From assembly GCA_002269645.1 (NCBI GenBank), contig NIVC01002297.1:1-64000 (forward strand): a DNA stretch of 64,000 bases. The letters run 5' to 3'. The translations under genes and the position numbers were made by a program. The stretch comes from Macrostomum lignano (Eukaryota). Positions within the stretch are counted from its first letter, which is position 1. The number at the start of each line of letters is the position of its first letter. Of this stretch, positions 59,280 to 64,000 are shown in pieces. The notes beneath the pieces are model-generated. The model saw only the letters and a list, made by a program, of their open reading frames with translations, made no database searches and was not told where the DNA came from.

Positions 59280-61362
59280 ATTGGCAATGAGGATTGACAA
59301 AGATGGCTCTCAACATTAGCCCACCTGCACCATTTCTGCCAGCAAGTCGATCACTCGTGGTCCCATGGAACAGATGGCTAGATGCATTTGACTTCTATTG
59401 TCAAGCAGCCCAAATCTGGACACCCCCCGACCAGCAGGTCAAAAAGCCCCAACAGATAAGGCCACGCAACTGGCGACAGTGTGCAGGAACCATCTACTGC
59501 ACCTTCTTGGCTTTGAGGGGCAGTAGATTGCAAGGGCCCAAAATGCAATTGTCAATGGTCATACCTTCTGGCAAACCCGCAATCAACTGACAATGGTATT
59601 TGGCAACCAACCAAATGTGATGTTGGCATGTCATTGATTCAGGGAATGACAGCAGCTGTTGGGCAAAGATGCCTCTGGCAGACAAAATGATCCGTAACCA
59701 GCTTGCCCATAAGACTAGCAGCACTCAAATACATGAACATCTTCTGATGGAGGACGCCACCAGGCTGACACTAGAGCAAGCAGTTGTCATTGCAACTACA
59801 ATTGAGGACACGGTGGCAGGCAGTAAGGTGATGGTGGCGACCAGCTCCTTTGAGAGCATCCAGATGGTGTGGCAAGCAGCAAGGCATCAGGGCCCTGGCA
59901 GTGCTCTGCCCAACAGCAGGTCGCAGCATCTGGCCAAAAGCTCTTGTACCTGATGTGGACGAGCCACGAGGCCAAGGCAAAGTGTCCTGCGCATGGCAAG
60001 AAATGCAAAAGTTGCGGGAAATTGAACCACTTCAGTCAATGCTGCCGCAGCAAGGCACTCCAAATCAGCACAGACAAGATGGTCACAATCTATGCAGTCC
60101 GTGGCATCAATGAGATCAGAGTCAAGCTGCAGCTGGGCAACTGCTCGAAGACAGTCAGCCTGATGGTTGATGGTTGATGGTTGAAAATCAACATAGCCGT
60201 GCCACCAGTGCAGCAGCCGCTGCGCTGCCTGCCACTTGCCAAGCAGCAACAGGTCGGCAAGGAGCTTGACCATCACCAATTTTACTTGACCAATAGACCA
60301 ATTTTAGCAGGCATCACCGAGCAGCTCAACCAGTCCCTGATGGACAGCATTCGAGCATCTAGAGCCGACAACATGCCAATGCAGGACGTGTTGTTGCAGT
60401 TTCTCAAGAGCTACCGCAGCACGCTGCACGCCCTGACTAGCAAGAGCTCGGCTGAACTGATGTTGGGTCGCCGCTGGCGCATGCCCATGTCGCTGCTTAC
60501 TCCAGTCAAGAATTGCACTGCTGTGCCATCTGATATCGCCCAACGCATTCAACAGCATTCAACAGCATCAACAGCTTCACATCCAGCAGGCCTCCTAGCA
60601 GCTCCAGACACTGGCTAGACCCCATCGGGGCTGGCCGCCAGTGCTGGACTGTCAGGTGTGGGGTGGAAGGTCCACTGGCCATGGACACGAAAGCTGGAAT
60701 AACGGCCCCTCTGCTGGGGTTGATCCTGGTGGACCTGGTGGCAGACTCGCCAACATGCCCTTTGCACGCTTACGCGGCAACGCGGTGGTGCAAGGCCCCT
60801 GTCCTATGGTGAGCAGGACATTGATGGCTGGCTGTGCCATGTTGCAGTCAGATTGTTCCCGTAGGCCCAATAACCAGGTGACCCAGCTGGGCATCAGCTG
60901 GGCATCAGCTGGTCATCAACATCAACATCAACAACAGCATCAACAGCAGATGGCAGCGTACACTGACCAACAGCGTGAAGCCCAGCAGCCGACATTATGC
61001 ACCAGTGACTGGGTCCAGATCCACTGGCCAACATGACATGGCAAGCTCAGCAGCTGGCTCTCTGCACTGCTGCAGATTGTCAAGGCGATGGGTGCGGCCT
61101 GTCGACTGGCAGACGGCAGCACCTGGAACCAGCAAGTGCTAGTGCCAACATCTCTGCAACCAAACTATGAGGCATCTGCGGCTGGCAAGTTTGATCCCCT
61201 TGTAAATGTCCAAGAGTAAGCAATGCAAGACAGAGGGGGAGAGGTTCAACCACCGACTCCTGGTCCAGCTGAAGGACCACCAGCTCCAGCTTTGTGACGG
61301 TTCACTTGTCCACAATGTCCTCTGCAGTGCTACAGCTGGTGATCAATCGGAGAGGGAGAAGA

Positions 61363-61696
61363 TGTTGTGTTGTGTAACCTGATAGACCAACTTAATGATA
61401 GATAATATTGTTATGCTAATATTTATACTATAACATAAATGCTAACTATATTATTTATTGTCTTTTACTTATACTGCCACTTTAAGTAGAGTAGCTGATA
61501 AATTATCTATATAATGTATTATTAATCACATGAAATTTCTGTGTCTTTAATTTATCAATTGTGCAGTTTTTTAGTATAGATAAAATATTGATCATGTAGT
61601 TTTTCTTAAATAGCAAAATATAAATAAAGCAACTGTGTGCACCTAGCACTTTACTTTTCAACTACAACTGGAACTGCAAGTCTTGGCTACACAACA
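61363..61696 (+). repeat. 3' LTR (334 bp, TG...CA)
   Basis: Begins directly after the PPT and ends CTACACAACA like the 5' LTR. Confidence 0.88.
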
Positions 61697-62134
61697 CTAA
61701 CCAAAGTAAATTGCATAAATGGTCACCTAAAAATAGATTTGAGTACTAATTAGATAATAAGGCATTTAGCTTAATAATGCAATCATAGTTATTCCTGCCA
61801 TTTATCATATTAAATTCTATTTATTTTTGCTTAGGTTTTTTCATAACTAAGTTTCATTTTTGGTAAAAAAATTGGACTCATTTGTTGTATAGTTTGTGTA
61901 AATCAAGGGGGTTGTGCATGTATGTTAAATATTGTTATGCTATTTCTAATATTTATTTAGGCCTATATACTTATATGTTTACCATTATAAAAGGCATAAA
62001 TGTAGGGCATTTTTATCAAGTTTGTTTTTATGTTTTAAAGTTTCTATTAGGCCCTATATTATAGCTTATGCTTTAATCTCTAGTCATTTTAGAAACTAAT
62101 AGGGCCTATTTTAATCTATATACTAATTTTGTGC

Positions 62135-62240
62135 TGTTTGTCTGTTAGTCAGTCAGTTAGTCTGTCTGTCATTGATTTTTCAAGAACCATCTGGCCAATA
62201 TTTTCAAATTAGCTTTCTAAAAATTCCTATTTTTGGGGGA
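62135..62240 (+). mobile_element. Second, more decayed HINE-like remnant, tentative
   Basis: (GTCT/GTCA)n followed by GATTTTTCAAGAACCATCTGGCCAATATTTTCAAATT. Confidence 0.3.
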
Positions 62241-63554
62241 TCATGGATAACTTTTTTGATGATAAATTTGAATAGCAAAGTGGGCAAATATTTGAAAAAA
62301 AGTTTTTTAATACTTTCAATAGGTGCTCTGTTTCTATATTTAATTGTTCAGTTCAACCATTTAGGCCTCTCCTTGGCCAATGTACAATGTAGGATGTACA
62401 TTCACATTAAAGCTAAATGAGTTTAATGACCCTTCTTGCTGCAGGCTAGCAATTTGTAAGATTGGTTTAATTTTATTATTGTTTAACCAACTAGTCTGAT
62501 AGACAATTAAAGGAAGAGTTGGTGTATGAGTGGGGTGGGGAGGGTTAAAAAGCTGGCCTAAAATTTATCAACCTCCTAAACTGCTCTGATCTTGTTTTAT
62601 TTTATGAATTCAATACTAGGTGGCACAATTGCAGATGGGAACAGTAGCTAATGGGCCCAATTAATTAAGATTCATTTGGCAAATTGGTATATAAAATTTA
62701 TACTGATTGGAAATGGATCAAATATTTAAAAAACTGTTTTTAGTACTTAAAAACAACCATTGGAGGCTTAGTGTCGTATTATGCTTATATAAACTCAACA
62801 AAATCAAAAAGTTGCCATCAAAGAAGAAGTTGCCATCCACTTTTGAGAATGTAGGTAAAGTCTCTCCATCTTTGGAGAGTGACAAAACTTGCTATGCCAC
62901 AATAGGGCTTGAGTTGAGGAATGAAGTGGGGGTGCACCGGTGCAGTGTGTGCAAGGGTTTTGTTAGATAGATTAAAAGTACCCAATCAGTTTTCTCATAT
63001 CTTTTATTTCAGAATAGTCCAAGAGAAATTGCTCATTGGCGTATAGAGTGGTGACTTTAATGTTGCTGAGTATATATTTTTGACCTTTTTATGGGTCAAT
63101 AAAATTTTAAACAATGAATAATTTGATTTGGAAGTGGGTCAAATATTCAAAAAACATTTTTTCATGCTTTCAATGTTTGAATTTTGAATTTGAATGCTTC
63201 CATGGGGGCTTAATGCGCAAGTAATGACTAATTTATCATCCAATATTTATATGTAAAAGTATAAATAGTATATTTAAATTTATGGATATAAAACAATTAA
63301 TTGTCTTTTTCTATTTTCTCTAGATATATATTTTGTATATTGTGGCCCCCAATTAGACTATATGCTGTGCTTATGACTTATGTTTAGTAAGGGTTATGTT
63401 TAGTAAGGGTAGGTAAGAATATCTAGAACCCTTTTGCAACTAGTTGAACAATCAATAATTCAGACCTCTGTGCATATAATGTACATGAAAAGGTCCAGTT
63501 TTTATTATTTCTAAATATAACGTAGCTCTTGCCTTCTAATATACAAAAAATGGT

Positions 63555-63760
63555 CTGTGTGTGTGTGCGTGTGTGTTTGTGTGTGATCGATTTTAGCAAA
63601 AACGGCTCAACCGATTTTCTTCGAATTTGCACCATTCAATCAGAAATTTTTCCGTGACGGTACATGCATCGTTGCTAAGAAATTGCTCGATGCTAAAGGG
63701 ATTAAATATTCGAAAAACATGCTTTTTTGCAAAGGTCAAGCAGCTCTTTCGACTTGAAAT
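63555..63760 (+). mobile_element. Helentron/DINE-1-like (HINE) remnant, tentative
   Basis: (GT)n microsatellite followed by GATTTTAGCAAAAACGGCTCAACCGATTTTCTTCGAATTTG, resembling the microsatellite plus AACCGATTTT..AAATTT block of invertebrate HINEs (from memory). Confidence 0.4.
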
Positions 63761-64000
63761 GCATTGTAAAAATGCTAGCAGAAAAACTGACTGGTTGAAT
63801 TCTAAATTCTAAAATGGATTGCATCACAATACACTTTATTTATCGTCTGTGTACTGGCTGAATTTGACACTCAATTGAATTGCGTCACAGCTTTGAGTGT
63901 AAAAGCATAGCGCAGTACCCAATTTATATTACGTAACCATTTGTTAACTTTCATAGACACTGGTACTGACTTGCCTAAGAAATTGATTATGTCATAACTG

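Larger units (their letters stand above)
58501..61696 (+). mobile_element. Internally deleted, decayed Ty3/Gypsy LTR retrotransposon
   Basis: 5' LTR ends ...CTACACAACA at 59279, followed by a PBS-like TGGCAATGAGGAT. Internal remnants: gag (PPAPFLP..PWNRWLDAF), zinc knuckle (CKSCGKLNHFSQCC), protease start, integrase C-terminus (YRST.HA.T.KS.AELMLGR). PPT AGAGGGAGAAGA at 61351-61362; 3' LTR TGT...ACA at 61363-61696. The 5' boundary of the 5' LTR is approximate. Confidence 0.88.

Overview
Eukaryotic (animal) genomic DNA: spliceosomal GT-AG introns, GC/CpG-rich exons, and introns packed with unrelated minisatellites. The style suggests a free-living flatworm such as Macrostomum, but this is inference only. 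I rebuilt exon chains by hand and checked codon phases. (1) The 3' part of a polycystin-1-like gene (+, 156..9600; REJ end, GPS, PLAT, 11-TM/channel) with one 1-bp frameshift. (2) A ~3,260-aa synaptotagmin-like protein gene (+, 11985..30778; Rab-binding SHD/zinc finger, a 6.3-kb exon of internal Cys/His repeats, tandem C2 domains). (3) A two-exon Ser-rich orphan gene (+, 31700..33429). (4) A Cys-loop nicotinic-receptor alpha-type subunit (-, 46991..37167) with one 1-bp frameshift and an unusually remodelled agonist pocket. (5) A type I receptor with CUB/LDLa-like ectodomain and ITIM/PPxY-type tail motifs (-, 48979..50817). (6) A small single-pass membrane protein (-, 53200..53859). The last 8 kb holds TE debris: a Gypsy RT/RNase H fragment, an internally deleted Gypsy LTR element with a 503-bp TIR element (8-bp TSD) nested in its 5' LTR, and Helentron-like remnants. 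A tRNA-derived CORE-SINE lies in the receptor intron. The strongest cross-cutting signal is CpG-to-TpG/CpA/TpA decay in many tandem arrays and in the LTR element, while host exons keep CpG. This points to repeat-targeted cytosine methylation. No prokaryotic system or CRISPR array is present. Motif and family calls come from recalled consensus sequences, not database searches.
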